From positions 1-43,715 of the forward strand of contig JALFNZ010000014.1 of assembly GCA_022774085.1 (NCBI GenBank): a DNA stretch of 43,715 bases. The letters are read 5' to 3'. Of this stretch, positions 9,602 to 19,447 are shown piece after piece. The notes beneath the pieces were generated by a model, which ran no database searches, had not been told where the DNA came from, and saw only the letters and a list, made by a program, of their open reading frames with translations. Origin of the DNA: Bacteroidales bacterium. GTDB taxonomy: Bacteria; Bacteroidota; Bacteroidia; Bacteroidales; UBA932. A program made the translations under genes and the position numbers. Numbering within the stretch: the first letter of the stretch is position 1; every line of letters begins with the position of its first letter.

Positions 9602-10918
9602 CTAATAACGATATTTCGGCCAAAGTGAACTCAGGCGTGAACGGAGACCATCTTCCTGCTTATTCTCGGCAGGTTCATAGAATTTTTGTTCCTTCAATTC
9701 TTCCGGCATGAATTCCAGATCGGCAAAGTGACCGGGATAATCATGGGCATATTTGTATCCGTCAGAATAGCCAAGTTCTTCCATGAGCTGGGTAGGAGCA
9801 TTCCTCAAAAATAAAGGAACTGAGGCTGAACGAGTCTTCCTGGCAATCTCAAGGGCCTGGTTGATAGCAAGATATGCGGAATTGCTTTTTGCAGAACAGG
9901 CAAGGTAGATTGTGCATTCTGAAAGTGGAATCCTTGCCTCAGGCATTCCGATATTGTGTACAATACGGAAAGTGGCATCAGCAAGCAGAAGGGCATTGGG
10001 ATTTGCCAGGCCGATGTCCTCTGCAGCAAGAATGCAAAGCCTGCGGGCGATGAAAAGCGGGTCCTCTCCGCCATCAAGCATACGCGCCAGATAATAGACC
10101 GCGGCATTGGGATCTGACCCCCTTACACTCTTGATAAAAGCCGAAATGATGTCATAGTGCATCTCACCATTTTTATCATAAATGGCCACGTTTTCTTGCA
10201 GGCATTCGGTCACAATCCTGTTGTCAACTACTATCTGAGGCTTTCCCGCAAAAGCTCCAGTGATTATTTCCAAGATGTTGAGCAGTTTTCTGGCATCTCC
10301 GCCACTGAATCTGAAAAGTGCCTCTGTTTCAAGTATTTCAATATCTTTGTTCTTGAGAATGACATCATTTTTGAGCGCCCTTTCAAGCAGTTTTTGAAGG
10401 TCTTCTGCACATAGAGGCTTCAGGACAAATACCTGACATCTGGACAAAAGGGGAGTGATGACTTCAAAAGAGGGATTCTCAGTAGTTGCACCAATCAGGA
10501 TGACGGTGCCATCTTCCACAGCCCCAAGGAGGGCATCCTGCTGTGACTTGCTGAAACGGTGAATCTCATCAATGAAAAGAATCGGACTTTCCCCGCTTGA
10601 AAACAAAGAATTCGAACGTGCCTTGTCAATGACATCACGCACGTCCTTTACACCTGCACTGACAGCCGACAAAGTATAGAACTCACGTCCAAGTGACTTT
10701 GCAACTATTCTTGCAAGGGTCGTCTTTCCAACTCCAGGAGGACCCCACAGAATGAAAGATGAGAGATTGCCGCTCTCAATCATATTACGCAAGATACATC
10801 CAGGCCCTATCAGATGCTGCTGCCCTACATAACCATCCAGATTCTGCGGTCTCATCCTCTCGGGAAGAGGCGGCAGCATCCTGCTCCGTCCTATTTCATC
10901 CTGCTCAAATGTATCCAT
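9602..10918 (-). CDS. rarA: Replication-associated recombination protein A (AAA+ ATPase MgsA/RarA)
   Basis: [15 protein letters not shown] Walker [36 protein letters not shown]. Confidence 0.95.
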   Translation of the reverse strand: MDTFEQDEIGRSRMLPPLPERMRPQNLDGYVGQQHLIGPGCILRNMIESGNLSSFILWGPPGVGKTTLARIVAKSLGREFYTLSAVSAGVKDVRDVIDKARSNSLFSSGESPILFIDEIHRFSKSQQDALLGAVEDGTVILIGATTENPSFEVITPLLSRCQVFVLKPLCAEDLQKLLERALKNDVILKNKDIEILETEALFRFSGGDARKLLNILEIITGAFAGKPQIVVDNRIVTECLQENVAIYDKNGEMHYDIISAFIKSVRGSDPNAAVYYLARMLDGGEDPLFIARRLCILAAEDIGLANPNALLLADATFRIVHNIGMPEARIPLSECTIYLACSAKSNSAYLAINQALEIARKTRSASVPLFLRNAPTQLMEELGYSDGYKYAHDYPGHFADLEFMPEELKEQKFYEPAENKQEDGLRSRLSSLWPKYRY

Positions 10919-12048
10919 CAGATTTCTTTTGTATATACTCGGCGGCGTTTATGCTGCTCCGGTCCGAAAATGCTGAACATCTGCTGAATCTTGACGTTGG
11001 TTTCAAGCTCAGCACTGGTCTCGGCATATTTGAAGCCCATTTCCTTGTATGTATGGAAAAGATCGGTGAAAATCATAGCATTGATTCCTTTGCTCTGATA
11101 ATCAGGTCTTACTCCGACCAGAAGAAGGTCAAGCGTGTCTGGTTTGCGGATATACATGTTCTTTATGAGGTGCCACCAACCGGTAGGAAAAAGGTTACCT
11201 CCGCATTTCTGCAAAGCCTTTGAAAGTGACGGCATTGCGACACCGGCTGCGATAAGTTCGCCTTGTTCATTCTCTATGAATGATGCCATCCTAAGGTCAA
11301 GCACTGTGAGATAAAACTTCACATACTGGGCAATCTGATTTTCCGAAAGAATGGAATATCCGTACAATTTGCAATAGCACTCATTGATGAGGTGGAAGAA
11401 TTTGCTTCCGTAATTTTCCCTTTTAATATCCCTCTGTGTCAACTTCCTGACTTTCAGATTATAGCGTTCTTTCACCAGAGCTGACATCTTAACGAATTTC
11501 TCAGGAAGTTCATCCGGAATCATAATCCTGTACTCAAGCCAGTCAACTTCCTTGACAAGTCCGAGCCTTTCCATATGGGTCATGTAGTACGGATGATTGT
11601 AGATCATAGCCATGGTTCCGAGCTTGTCGAATCCTTCCACGAGCATTCCTTCCGGGTCAAAGTCAGTGAAGCCGAGAGGTCCTGCAATATGTTCCATGCC
11701 ACGTTCGCGGCCCCATTCAATAACTTTATTGATCAGAGCTTCGGAAACTTCATAATCATCTATGAAATCAATCCAGCCGAACCTTACCTGTTTTGTTTTC
11801 CAGGCCTCGTTGGCTTTTGGATTTATGATTGCAGCAACTCTGCCGACGAGTTTACCGTCTTTATATGCAAGGAAATAATCTGCGTCGCAAAAATCAAATG
11901 CGGCATTTTTCTTCTTGTCCAGGGTATTGCACTCATCGATGGGCATTGCCGGAATATAGTATGCATTGCCTTTGTACAGTTTGTTGGCAAATTTGGCAAA
12001 TGTCTTGAGTTGAGCCCTGGTTTCTACAGTTTTTATGAGAACTGACAT
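10918..12048 (-). CDS. GNAT-fold N-acyltransferase, bacterial ceramide synthase (bCerS)-like / YghO family
   Basis: 376 aa; VGRVAAIIN, RFGWIDF, GPLGFTDFDPEGMLVEGF, YNHPYY, LVGVRPDYQSKG, ELETN match the YghO/bCerS-type GNAT family as I recall it; 1-nt overlap (TGATG) with rarA. Confidence 0.7.
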   Translation of the reverse strand: MSVLIKTVETRAQLKTFAKFANKLYKGNAYYIPAMPIDECNTLDKKKNAAFDFCDADYFLAYKDGKLVGRVAAIINPKANEAWKTKQVRFGWIDFIDDYEVSEALINKVIEWGRERGMEHIAGPLGFTDFDPEGMLVEGFDKLGTMAMIYNHPYYMTHMERLGLVKEVDWLEYRIMIPDELPEKFVKMSALVKERYNLKVRKLTQRDIKRENYGSKFFHLINECYCKLYGYSILSENQIAQYVKFYLTVLDLRMASFIENEQGELIAAGVAMPSLSKALQKCGGNLFPTGWWHLIKNMYIRKPDTLDLLLVGVRPDYQSKGINAMIFTDLFHTYKEMGFKYAETSAELETNVKIQQMFSIFGPEQHKRRRVYTKEI

Positions 12049-12188
12049 AGGTTTGGTGTTTAGTACATTTACTCAAGTTTCACAACAAGCGAAACTTAAA
12101 TATATTTATGCAAATGTAGCAAAAAAAATGTTTTAATAGGTTATTTTTCTTATTTTCGCATGTTATTAGATACGAAATTTGGACCTAT

Positions 12189-12740
12189 ATGTGCAGTAAA
12201 TATTTGATAAACAAGCTATTGATTATAATAGCTGCTGCAGTCTTACTGCTTTCGGGTACTGCTCGTATCAATGCACAGCCAAAGTCCATGGGCCTTGTAC
12301 AGTCATTAAACGGAATCAGCATATCATATGAGCATTACCTTGATACTGACTGTTTCATCCAGGCAGACACGGGTCTGATCCTTACTGATGTTTTTTTCGG
12401 AAGAAGCAATGTTCCCGGAGGCTATGCAGGCTTTTCATGGAATTTCATCTTTTTCAGCAAGGAACTCAAATATGGTCCTATTCTTCGAATTCACGCTGGT
12501 CCAGGCATTGTAGCAGGCTATAGTATTGATAACAAAAGAGATTGGGGACCGATTTTCGGACTAAGCGGAAATATTGCATTGGAATGTGAATATGAAAGGG
12601 GAGTGACGCTATCCATCGGTGCAAGCCCCGTGATAGGTTCGCATTTTCTGATTATGAAGGATTCAGTGAATATGGGTATGTATAAAAGGGGACTGACATA
12701 TGGATTCATTCCTGAGCTCGGTATCAAATTCAATTTCTGA
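12189..12740 (+). CDS. Hypothetical small outer-membrane beta-barrel protein
   Basis: Sec signal peptide (…ARINA|QP), alternating hydrophobic/Gly-aromatic strands, C-terminal ELGIKFNF beta-signal. Confidence 0.65.
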   Translation: MCSKYLINKLLIIIAAAVLLLSGTARINAQPKSMGLVQSLNGISISYEHYLDTDCFIQADTGLILTDVFFGRSNVPGGYAGFSWNFIFFSKELKYGPILRIHAGPGIVAGYSIDNKRDWGPIFGLSGNIALECEYERGVTLSIGASPVIGSHFLIMKDSVNMGMYKRGLTYGFIPELGIKFNF

Positions 12741-12744
12741 AGCT

Positions 12745-13362
12745 ATGAATAAGTTGTCCATATCATTGATAATCATACTTTTATCCTGTTTGTCAACTAT
12801 GACAGAAGCTCGTAACGCACGTAGACCTGTCTTTACTTATGGTGCCGAATGGAACTATGTCGGGACATTTGCTTCAGCCAAAAGGCAAAATTTCTATTCT
12901 CCTGACGGATACCGGGTCGGGATAAGGAAAACCGAACTGACATATGCTTCAAACGGTGAAATTCTGTTCCATGTCGGAGTGAATCCAGATGATAACTGGA
13001 ATGTAGCCTTATATGCAGGATATACCAACATAGCTAAGGAAAATGATGCCATACCGATATCATTGAGACTTACCAGGTTCTTCTATAGCAATGAGTTATC
13101 AGACAAATGGTTATGTTATCTGGATTTTGGCAGCGGATTTACACCGGACAAGGAATTGAAGCCGCAATTTTCAGGAAAGATTGGCGGAGGCTACAGATTT
13201 TCATTGAGCCGGCGTACAAAAATCGATCTGGTCAGCGGCATAAAGCTTTCATACACAAAACCGCAGGTTTACTTTGATAATGAACTGATTCCTGACTCTC
13301 AAATCAAGCGCAACAGTGCAATTTTCACAGCCCTTACCATCGGAATCAGCATCACATTATAA
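12745..13362 (+). CDS. Hypothetical outer-membrane beta-barrel protein
   Basis: Start at ATG 12745 (MNKLSISLIIILLSC…TEA); beta-strand pattern (GKIGGGYRFSL; ALTIGISITL at the C-terminus); 4 nt after the upstream gene. Confidence 0.6.
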   Translation: MNKLSISLIIILLSCLSTMTEARNARRPVFTYGAEWNYVGTFASAKRQNFYSPDGYRVGIRKTELTYASNGEILFHVGVNPDDNWNVALYAGYTNIAKENDAIPISLRLTRFFYSNELSDKWLCYLDFGSGFTPDKELKPQFSGKIGGGYRFSLSRRTKIDLVSGIKLSYTKPQVYFDNELIPDSQIKRNSAIFTALTIGISITL

Positions 13363-13383
13363 CACTCCCCGACTGTCTTATAT

Positions 13384-13411
13384 TTGTTATACAATTTATG
13401 TTATGTTAACT
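13384..13411 (+). other. dif-like XerC/XerD recombination site
   Basis: TTGTTATACAA-TTTATG-TTATGTTAACT, an 11-6-11 layout. The right arm is 1 mismatch from both the E. coli (TTATGTTAAAT) and B. subtilis (TTATGTAAACT) XerD-type arms; intergenic. Confidence 0.6.
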
Positions 13412-13480
13412 AATAGGTATAAAATTGTAAATTAGTCATCCCCGCATTATTTTTAATTTCGGATTACGCCAGATATTTGG

Positions 13481-13488
13481 TACTTTTG
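13481..13488 (+). promoter_or_regulatory. -7 promoter element for rlmD
   Basis: TACTTTTG, 24 nt upstream of ATG 13513. Confidence 0.55.
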
Positions 13489-13512
13489 CGATTTCGTAGA
13501 TTATTGAAGATT

Positions 13513-14931
13513 ATGGGAAAAAAGAAACAGGAAATCATACTTGAGAATGTTGTCATTGAAGCTGTTGCAGCTGAAGGAAAAGCCCTTGCAAGAGTTGACG
13601 GCACTGTATTGTTCGTGCAGTTTGCGGTTCCTGGCGACGTTGTTGATGTCAAAGTGACCAAGAAAAAGAAAAATTATATGGAAGGTTATATATTGCGTAT
13701 GGTCGAACCTTCCAAAGACCGTCTGGAGCCATTCTGCAAACATTTCGGAGTCTGTGGAGGATGCAAATGGCAGCCACTTCCATATCAGATGCAGCTTCAG
13801 GCTAAACAGCAACAAGTCTATGACCAGCTCGTGAGAATCGGACATCTGGATGTACCGGAAATCTCCCCTATCATAGCTTCAGATAAAACCACTTTTTATC
13901 GTAACAAGTTGGAATTCACCTTCTCACAAAGAAGATGGCTCAATGAAGGTGAAGATCCGGATTCATTCACACCTGAACAAAGATGCGGTCTTGGTTTCCA
14001 TGTAGGACGCTTTTTCGACAAGGTACTCGACATTGAGCAGTGCTATCTTCAGGCAGAACCATCTAACTCAATCCGCCTGTTCATAAAGAAATATGCACTT
14101 GATAACGGCCTGACATTCTTTAACATACGAGAACATGTCGGTTTTCTGAGGAATATGTTTATCCGCACCACCGAAAAAGGAGAAGTCATGCTGATTGTCT
14201 GCTTTTATCATGAGGATAAACCGGCACGTGAGGCTCTGCTTGATGCAGTTGCAAAGCAATTCCCTCAGATTGTTTCCCTCTACTATGTAATAAACGGCAA
14301 AGCCAATGACTCGATAGCCGACCAGGAATGTATCCTGTACAAGGGAGACGAAGCAATATATGAGGGCATGGAAAACCTTCGTTTCAAGATAGGTCCAAAA
14401 TCATTCTACCAGACCAACTCTCCACAGGCATACAAGCTTTACTCTGTAGCCAGGGATTTCGCGGCCCTTACCGGAAATGAAGTCGTATATGACCTTTACA
14501 CAGGTACAGGCACGATTGCCCAGTTCGTATCAGGAAAGGCATCAAAAGTATTCGGAATCGAATATGTGCCTGAAGCCATTGCCGATGCGCGCATAAATGC
14601 CGATGCAAACGGAATAAGCAATTGTGAATTTTTCGCAGGAGATATGAAAGATATACTTACTGACAGTTTCGTGGAGCAACATGGAAGACCGGATGTGGTG
14701 ATACTCGATCCCCCAAGGGCCGGAATCCACCCGGATGTCGCGCAGGTCATCCTGAATGCTGCCCCTGAAAGGATGGTTTATGTCAGCTGCAATCCTGCAT
14801 CCCAGGCCCGTGACCTTGAAATTCTTTGCAAGGATTACCGCATCACAGCAGTCCAGCCCGTTGATATGTTCCCTCACACACACCATGTGGAAAATGTGGT
14901 TGCTCTGGAGCGAATAATTAAAAATTTGTAA
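13513..14931 (+). CDS. rlmD: 23S rRNA (uracil-1939-C5)-methyltransferase
   Basis: TRAM domain, CKHFGVCGGC Fe-S motif, YRNKLEF, SFYQTN, DLYTGTG, DPPRAG, YVSCNP, DMFPHTHHVE. Confidence 0.93.
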   Translation: MGKKKQEIILENVVIEAVAAEGKALARVDGTVLFVQFAVPGDVVDVKVTKKKKNYMEGYILRMVEPSKDRLEPFCKHFGVCGGCKWQPLPYQMQLQAKQQQVYDQLVRIGHLDVPEISPIIASDKTTFYRNKLEFTFSQRRWLNEGEDPDSFTPEQRCGLGFHVGRFFDKVLDIEQCYLQAEPSNSIRLFIKKYALDNGLTFFNIREHVGFLRNMFIRTTEKGEVMLIVCFYHEDKPAREALLDAVAKQFPQIVSLYYVINGKANDSIADQECILYKGDEAIYEGMENLRFKIGPKSFYQTNSPQAYKLYSVARDFAALTGNEVVYDLYTGTGTIAQFVSGKASKVFGIEYVPEAIADARINADANGISNCEFFAGDMKDILTDSFVEQHGRPDVVILDPPRAGIHPDVAQVILNAAPERMVYVSCNPASQARDLEILCKDYRITAVQPVDMFPHTHHVENVVALERIIKNL

Positions 14932-14936
14932 CTTTG
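14929..14936 (+). promoter_or_regulatory. Internal -7 promoter element overlapping the rlmD stop codon
   Basis: TAACTTTG begins at the TAA stop, 30 nt before the antiporter ATG. Confidence 0.5.
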
Positions 14937-14966
14937 TCGCCTATCGTATAATAAACTCATTGATTG

Positions 14967-15923
14967 ATGGCAATACAATTCTTAATCCTTGCAGCCGGAC
15001 TTCTGCTCATCCTCATGGGTGCTAACTACCTGGTTGAAGGCTCATCCGGCATAGCCAGAAAGTTCGGCATCAGCGAATTCGTCATTGGACTGACCATTGT
15101 GGGAATTGGCACTTCGACTCCTGAAATGGTAGTAAGTTTCATTTCCTCGCTCAATGGAAATGCTGATATGGCAATTGGCAACATCGTCGGCTCGAACATT
15201 TTCAATACCTTGCTGATACTCGGCACTACAGCCCTGATTTCCCCTCTTATCATCACCCAAAGCAACAAAAAACGGGATATCCCGATGAATATAATCGTCA
15301 CCGTCCTGCTGGTAGTTCTTGGAATGAAAAAAAGCATTTTCGGACTAGGTGAGAATTCATTGACAAGAGTGGATGGTGCTGTGCTGTTGGTCCTTTTCGC
15401 ATGGTATCTTTATTCATCCTTCAAGTACAGTTCAAAGACTGATGATGAGCAGGAAAGTGTCAACGTAAAGCCCGTATGGCTTTCTTCGATAATGATATTA
15501 GGCGGCCTTGCAGCACTGATTTTCGGCGGACGGATTTTTGTGTCATCTGCTACGGAATTGGCCAGGATTTTCGGAGTTTCAGACAAATTCATCGCCATCA
15601 CCATAATGGCCGGAGGCACATCCATGCCGGAACTCGCGACATGCGTGGTCGCTGCACTGAAAGGCAAAGGACAACTAGCCCTTGGTAATATCCTCGGCTC
15701 AAATGTTTCCAACATACTGCTTATCCTAGGAGGATCTGCACTCATCAATCCCCTGTCCTTCAAAGGAATGACAATGGTTGACCTGGGTGTTTTACTGGGA
15801 TCTTCCCTCTTCATTCTTCTTTCTGCATATATGTTCAGGAAGAACAAGCTTGACCGCATCGAAGGAGGTATCCTGCTTATTGCAGAGATAGCATATATGT
15901 GGTTCCTCATAGTTAACGTATAA
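14967..15923 (+). CDS. Calcium/sodium antiporter (CaCA, YrbG-like)
   Basis: Two alpha-repeats, GTSTPE…GNIVGSNIFN and GTSMPE…GNILGSNVSN; about 10 TM segments. Confidence 0.92.
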   Translation: MAIQFLILAAGLLLILMGANYLVEGSSGIARKFGISEFVIGLTIVGIGTSTPEMVVSFISSLNGNADMAIGNIVGSNIFNTLLILGTTALISPLIITQSNKKRDIPMNIIVTVLLVVLGMKKSIFGLGENSLTRVDGAVLLVLFAWYLYSSFKYSSKTDDEQESVNVKPVWLSSIMILGGLAALIFGGRIFVSSATELARIFGVSDKFIAITIMAGGTSMPELATCVVAALKGKGQLALGNILGSNVSNILLILGGSALINPLSFKGMTMVDLGVLLGSSLFILLSAYMFRKNKLDRIEGGILLIAEIAYMWFLIVNV

Positions 15924-15938
15924 TTAAAACCATAAACC

Positions 15939-17228
15939 ATGACTTTCAAACCAACAGTTTATTCAATCAAAAGTGTTGCTACAGGCAGACTCTTTGATGA
16001 CCATGGCTGGACTCTGGCAGATAATGAATACCCTTCTCCGTGTCTTGTCAGGGCAGAATATCAGAACAGGAAATTCACACCAAGAGAAGACCTCGAAGGC
16101 TTTTACAGATATGCTGAATGGCTACCTGTCAGACGTACCCTGGCAGGATCTTGCGCTCCGGTCACATATAAATCCGAAAAGCTTGCTGAGCACCTCGGAT
16201 TGGAAAACCTATATATCACATTCTCAGGATACTGGCCAGAAAAAGGCGCCTTCATGAAAACTTGCTCATTCAAGGAAACAGAAGCATATTCCGTATGTGC
16301 GAGACTTCCGGAAGACAATGACAAAGTGATGGTTGTAGCTTCGGCCGGCAACACTGCAAGGGCATTTGCAAAAGTATGCTCTGACAACAAGATTCCGGTG
16401 CTGATTACCATACCATACGACAATCTGGGTGCCCTTTGGTTCACAGAAGAATTGGACGAATGCGTGAAAATCATCGCCTCCCCTGCCGGTTCCGACTATT
16501 TCGATGCCATAGCTCTCTCCGACATTGTATGCAAGAGCCCTATGTTTTTCGCTGAGGGAGGAGCCAAGAATATCGCCCGCAGGGACGGTATGGGAACCAC
16601 CATTCTTTCCGCCGTAGAGAAAATCGGACGTATTCCGGATGCATATTTCCAGGGAATCGGCTCAGGCACCGGCACAATTGCTGTTTGGGAGAACAACCTC
16701 AGACTGATCGAAGACGGCAGATTTGGCTCGCATAAGATGAAACTGTATCCTTCTCAGAATGATCCGTTCACCATCATGTACGACTCCTGGAAGGCATCTT
16801 CACGTGAACTTGTTCCTTTCCCGGCAGATCAGGCACGCCATGCCGCATCAGTGATCGATGCAAAGGTACTCTCCAACAGGAAACCTCCTTATTCCCTGAC
16901 AGGTGGTCTGTTTGATGCAATGACTGATGCCGGCGGTGACATATACAAGGTCACAAATGCAGAGCTCCGTCAATGGCAGAAAACATTCCTGGAACTGGAA
17001 GGAATTGATATCTATTCAGCTGCGGCTGTGGCTGTCGCTTCACTGGCAATGGCAGTGGAAGACGGAAATGTAACAAAAGATGATGTAATTATGCTGAATA
17101 TTACAGGTGGTGGCGAAAAACTTGCATGGAATCACCATACAATCCATCATGCAAAACCTTGCCTGGTCCTGGACCCTGCTGTTGATCCGGCAGAAATAAT
17201 AAGACAGGTGGAGGCTTTATTCAACTGA
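15939..17228 (+). CDS. Cysteate synthase (threonine-synthase-like PLP enzyme)
   Basis: CSFKETEA (PLP Lys), ASAGNTARAF, EGGAKNIARRDGMGT, YFQGIGSGTG, VLSNRKPPY, LNITGGG, typical of the Methanosarcinales-type cysteate synthase family. Confidence 0.85.
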   Translation: MTFKPTVYSIKSVATGRLFDDHGWTLADNEYPSPCLVRAEYQNRKFTPREDLEGFYRYAEWLPVRRTLAGSCAPVTYKSEKLAEHLGLENLYITFSGYWPEKGAFMKTCSFKETEAYSVCARLPEDNDKVMVVASAGNTARAFAKVCSDNKIPVLITIPYDNLGALWFTEELDECVKIIASPAGSDYFDAIALSDIVCKSPMFFAEGGAKNIARRDGMGTTILSAVEKIGRIPDAYFQGIGSGTGTIAVWENNLRLIEDGRFGSHKMKLYPSQNDPFTIMYDSWKASSRELVPFPADQARHAASVIDAKVLSNRKPPYSLTGGLFDAMTDAGGDIYKVTNAELRQWQKTFLELEGIDIYSAAAVAVASLAMAVEDGNVTKDDVIMLNITGGGEKLAWNHHTIHHAKPCLVLDPAVDPAEIIRQVEALFN

Positions 17229-17232
17229 TACC

Positions 17233-18177
17233 ATGTCAATATTACAGACACATCTTGCAGATACATTGGCCAAAGCGGTCAGACATCATCCTGACAGTCT
17301 GAATTCAGTACAGTCGGAGATTGTATCCGTTGCTGAAAAAATAGCAAACACACCTACGGACGAACTGATTGGTGAACTGATTTCTGATACCATATCCTTC
17401 GGACTGAAGGTTTTGGTTGCCATACTCATTTACCTTGTAGGAGCATGGCTGATAAGAAGGGTGAAAAAGATATTGGCCAGAATCTTCGTCCGCCGCAAGA
17501 CTGAGGCTGCCATTGCTTCTTTCGTTCAGAGCATTGTAAGCATCACCTTGACCATCATCCTGATCATCATCACGGTCGGAGCATTGGGAGTGGATACTAC
17601 CTCGTTTGCAGCTCTGCTTGCCGGCGGGGGTATGGCAATTGGTATGGCTCTGAACGGCACCGTGCAGAATTTTGCAGGAGGCATCATGATTCTGGTCTTC
17701 CGTCCATTCAAATCCGGAGATTTCATTGAAGCCCAGGGATTCCAGGGTACTGTGACTGAAGTGACCATTGTCAGCACCAAACTCCTTACGGTTGACAATA
17801 AGAGCATCATCATTCCTAACGGAGCCCTGTCTAACGGCACGATCAACAACTTTTCTCAGAACAAATTCAGAAGAGTTGACTGGCTTGTTGATGTCGAATA
17901 TGGGACTGACTCAGAAATGACAAAAACCCTGCTTATGGCTCTCATGCAGGCAGACCAAAGGATTCTCTCAGTCTCCGACGGAGTTCCGGCTGATCCTTTC
18001 GTAGGACTTAACGAATTAAGAGACAGCAGCGTGCAGTTTGTGATGAAGGCATGGGTCAAATCCTCAGACTATTGGGACGTAAGATATGATATGAACGAGA
18101 AGATATATAGGACTCTTCCTGAAAACGATATCAACTTCCCGTTCCCTCAGCTGGATGTCACCATCAAGAACAGCTAA
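17233..18177 (+). CDS. mscS: Small-conductance mechanosensitive channel
   Basis: 3 TM helices, NFAGGIMILVFRPFKSGD, IPNG, IN-FPFPQLDV. Confidence 0.9.
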   Translation: MSILQTHLADTLAKAVRHHPDSLNSVQSEIVSVAEKIANTPTDELIGELISDTISFGLKVLVAILIYLVGAWLIRRVKKILARIFVRRKTEAAIASFVQSIVSITLTIILIIITVGALGVDTTSFAALLAGGGMAIGMALNGTVQNFAGGIMILVFRPFKSGDFIEAQGFQGTVTEVTIVSTKLLTVDNKSIIIPNGALSNGTINNFSQNKFRRVDWLVDVEYGTDSEMTKTLLMALMQADQRILSVSDGVPADPFVGLNELRDSSVQFVMKAWVKSSDYWDVRYDMNEKIYRTLPENDINFPFPQLDVTIKNS

Positions 18178-18210
18178 AAAAAGGCTTGCACAATGGTGCA
18201 AGCCTTTATA
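18176..18210. terminator. Bidirectional intrinsic terminator between convergent mscS and the acyltransferase gene
   Basis: AAAGGCTTGCAC-AATG-GTGCAAGCCTTT perfect 12-bp stem, with an A-run on the left and a T-rich tail on the right. Confidence 0.85.
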
Positions 18211-18211
18211 T

Positions 18212-19384
18212 TTAAAGGAGAATCCCTCCGGTAGTCCTCTCTTTTTCAAGGAGTTCCTTTGTGCAGACCGGATTCGCATAGATGCCGAGGAAGATGCGCC
18301 TGAGATCTTCACGATTGATTTCCGGCTCAACGGTATCAAGCTGTTTGCTCATATAGTTTACAAATCCTTCCATATCTTCAGGAGAATACTTCTCTGAATA
18401 TTTGAACGACTTGTTAATAAGGTCATATGCAATATAATTGTTTTTCCAAAGCTTGTATCCTTCGATGACCCTTATGTCAACGGCATGTCTTATAAGCTGA
18501 TACCTGTCGTTCTTGTCGCACTTTGCAGCAGCTGCAATTTCTTCTGAGGTGAGTGGTTTTCCGATATTCAGGTGAATATTGCCCTTTTGCTGCTTGATGC
18601 CGGTAAGGATGCTGTTCAGGTCCTCATTCTTTTCCTTGACATATTTATGTTTTCTTGATATGACTAGCTCCCTTGCCTTAAGAATGTCGCATGGCTCATA
18701 CTCATAGGAAATGCTCATCGGAATGATGTTCAGTTCCTCAAAATTGTGCTGGAAATCGGATGTTCCGCTCATGTCCAGCATTTTAAGAAGTCCCTGCTCG
18801 GTAATATCATATCCGTTCTTTGTCCTTCCCTGTCTCTGGGCAAGCCAGATGGAACTTCTCTGCTCAGTGATATTCAGTCGGATGTACCTTGAAAGAAGCT
18901 GCGAAGACAGATACAATTCCCTTGCTGTAATACCTCTCATAACCTTTATCATCCTGTTGGAACGAATCATGTATTCGATGGTCTTGCTGGTAATCAAATT
19001 GTCTCCTACTGCTATTTCTGTCATAGGTATGCCATTTCTCCATAGCACAAGCTGAGTAATCGCAGGGTCAAGAATGATGTCTCTGTGGTTTGAAAGAGCC
19101 AGGAATTTTTTGGAAGGATCTATATTAGAGATTCCATCATATGAAAAATTGCGTGCAGTATGGGCAAGTACCCATTCCACAACCTTCGACATGACGAGAA
19201 TCTGATATTCATCAATGGTCTTGATGCTCTTAAGGATATTTTTCAAGAAATCTTCCGGTTGGTCGGGAAAAAAGTATTTTGATACTTCTGTAACGACCGG
19301 ATAGTCTGCGAGAATGCTCAGCGCCTGTGCCGCTTCGGCATCGGTATAAGGGCTGATGCTCTCAAATTCAGATAAATCTACCAT
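18212..19384 (-). CDS. Glycerolipid acyltransferase (PlsB/PlsC superfamily)
   Basis: HX4D motif NHRDIILD, AVGDNL, WLAQRQGRTKNG, ISYEYEPCD. -7 element CAAATGTA at 19417-19424. Confidence 0.85.
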   Translation of the reverse strand: MVDLSEFESISPYTDAEAAQALSILADYPVVTEVSKYFFPDQPEDFLKNILKSIKTIDEYQILVMSKVVEWVLAHTARNFSYDGISNIDPSKKFLALSNHRDIILDPAITQLVLWRNGIPMTEIAVGDNLITSKTIEYMIRSNRMIKVMRGITARELYLSSQLLSRYIRLNITEQRSSIWLAQRQGRTKNGYDITEQGLLKMLDMSGTSDFQHNFEELNIIPMSISYEYEPCDILKARELVISRKHKYVKEKNEDLNSILTGIKQQKGNIHLNIGKPLTSEEIAAAAKCDKNDRYQLIRHAVDIRVIEGYKLWKNNYIAYDLINKSFKYSEKYSPEDMEGFVNYMSKQLDTVEPEINREDLRRIFLGIYANPVCTKELLEKERTTGGILL

Positions 19385-19447
19385 AATAATTCATGTTCAA
19401 GTTGTAGTTTATCCTGCAAATGTAAAAAAACGATATGAATATTGCAA

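Noticed and set aside
12096-12107. Palindrome TAAATATATTTA upstream of the GNAT gene, and ATATCA-N7-TGATAT (7267-7285) upstream of speA
   Set aside because: Almost pure A/T dyads are expected by chance in AT-rich intergenic DNA.
16796-16811. parS-like core TTCACGTGAA inside cysteate synthase
   Set aside because: Only the central 10 of 16 positions match TGTTTCACGTGAAACA; the flanks are wrong and it is in coding sequence.
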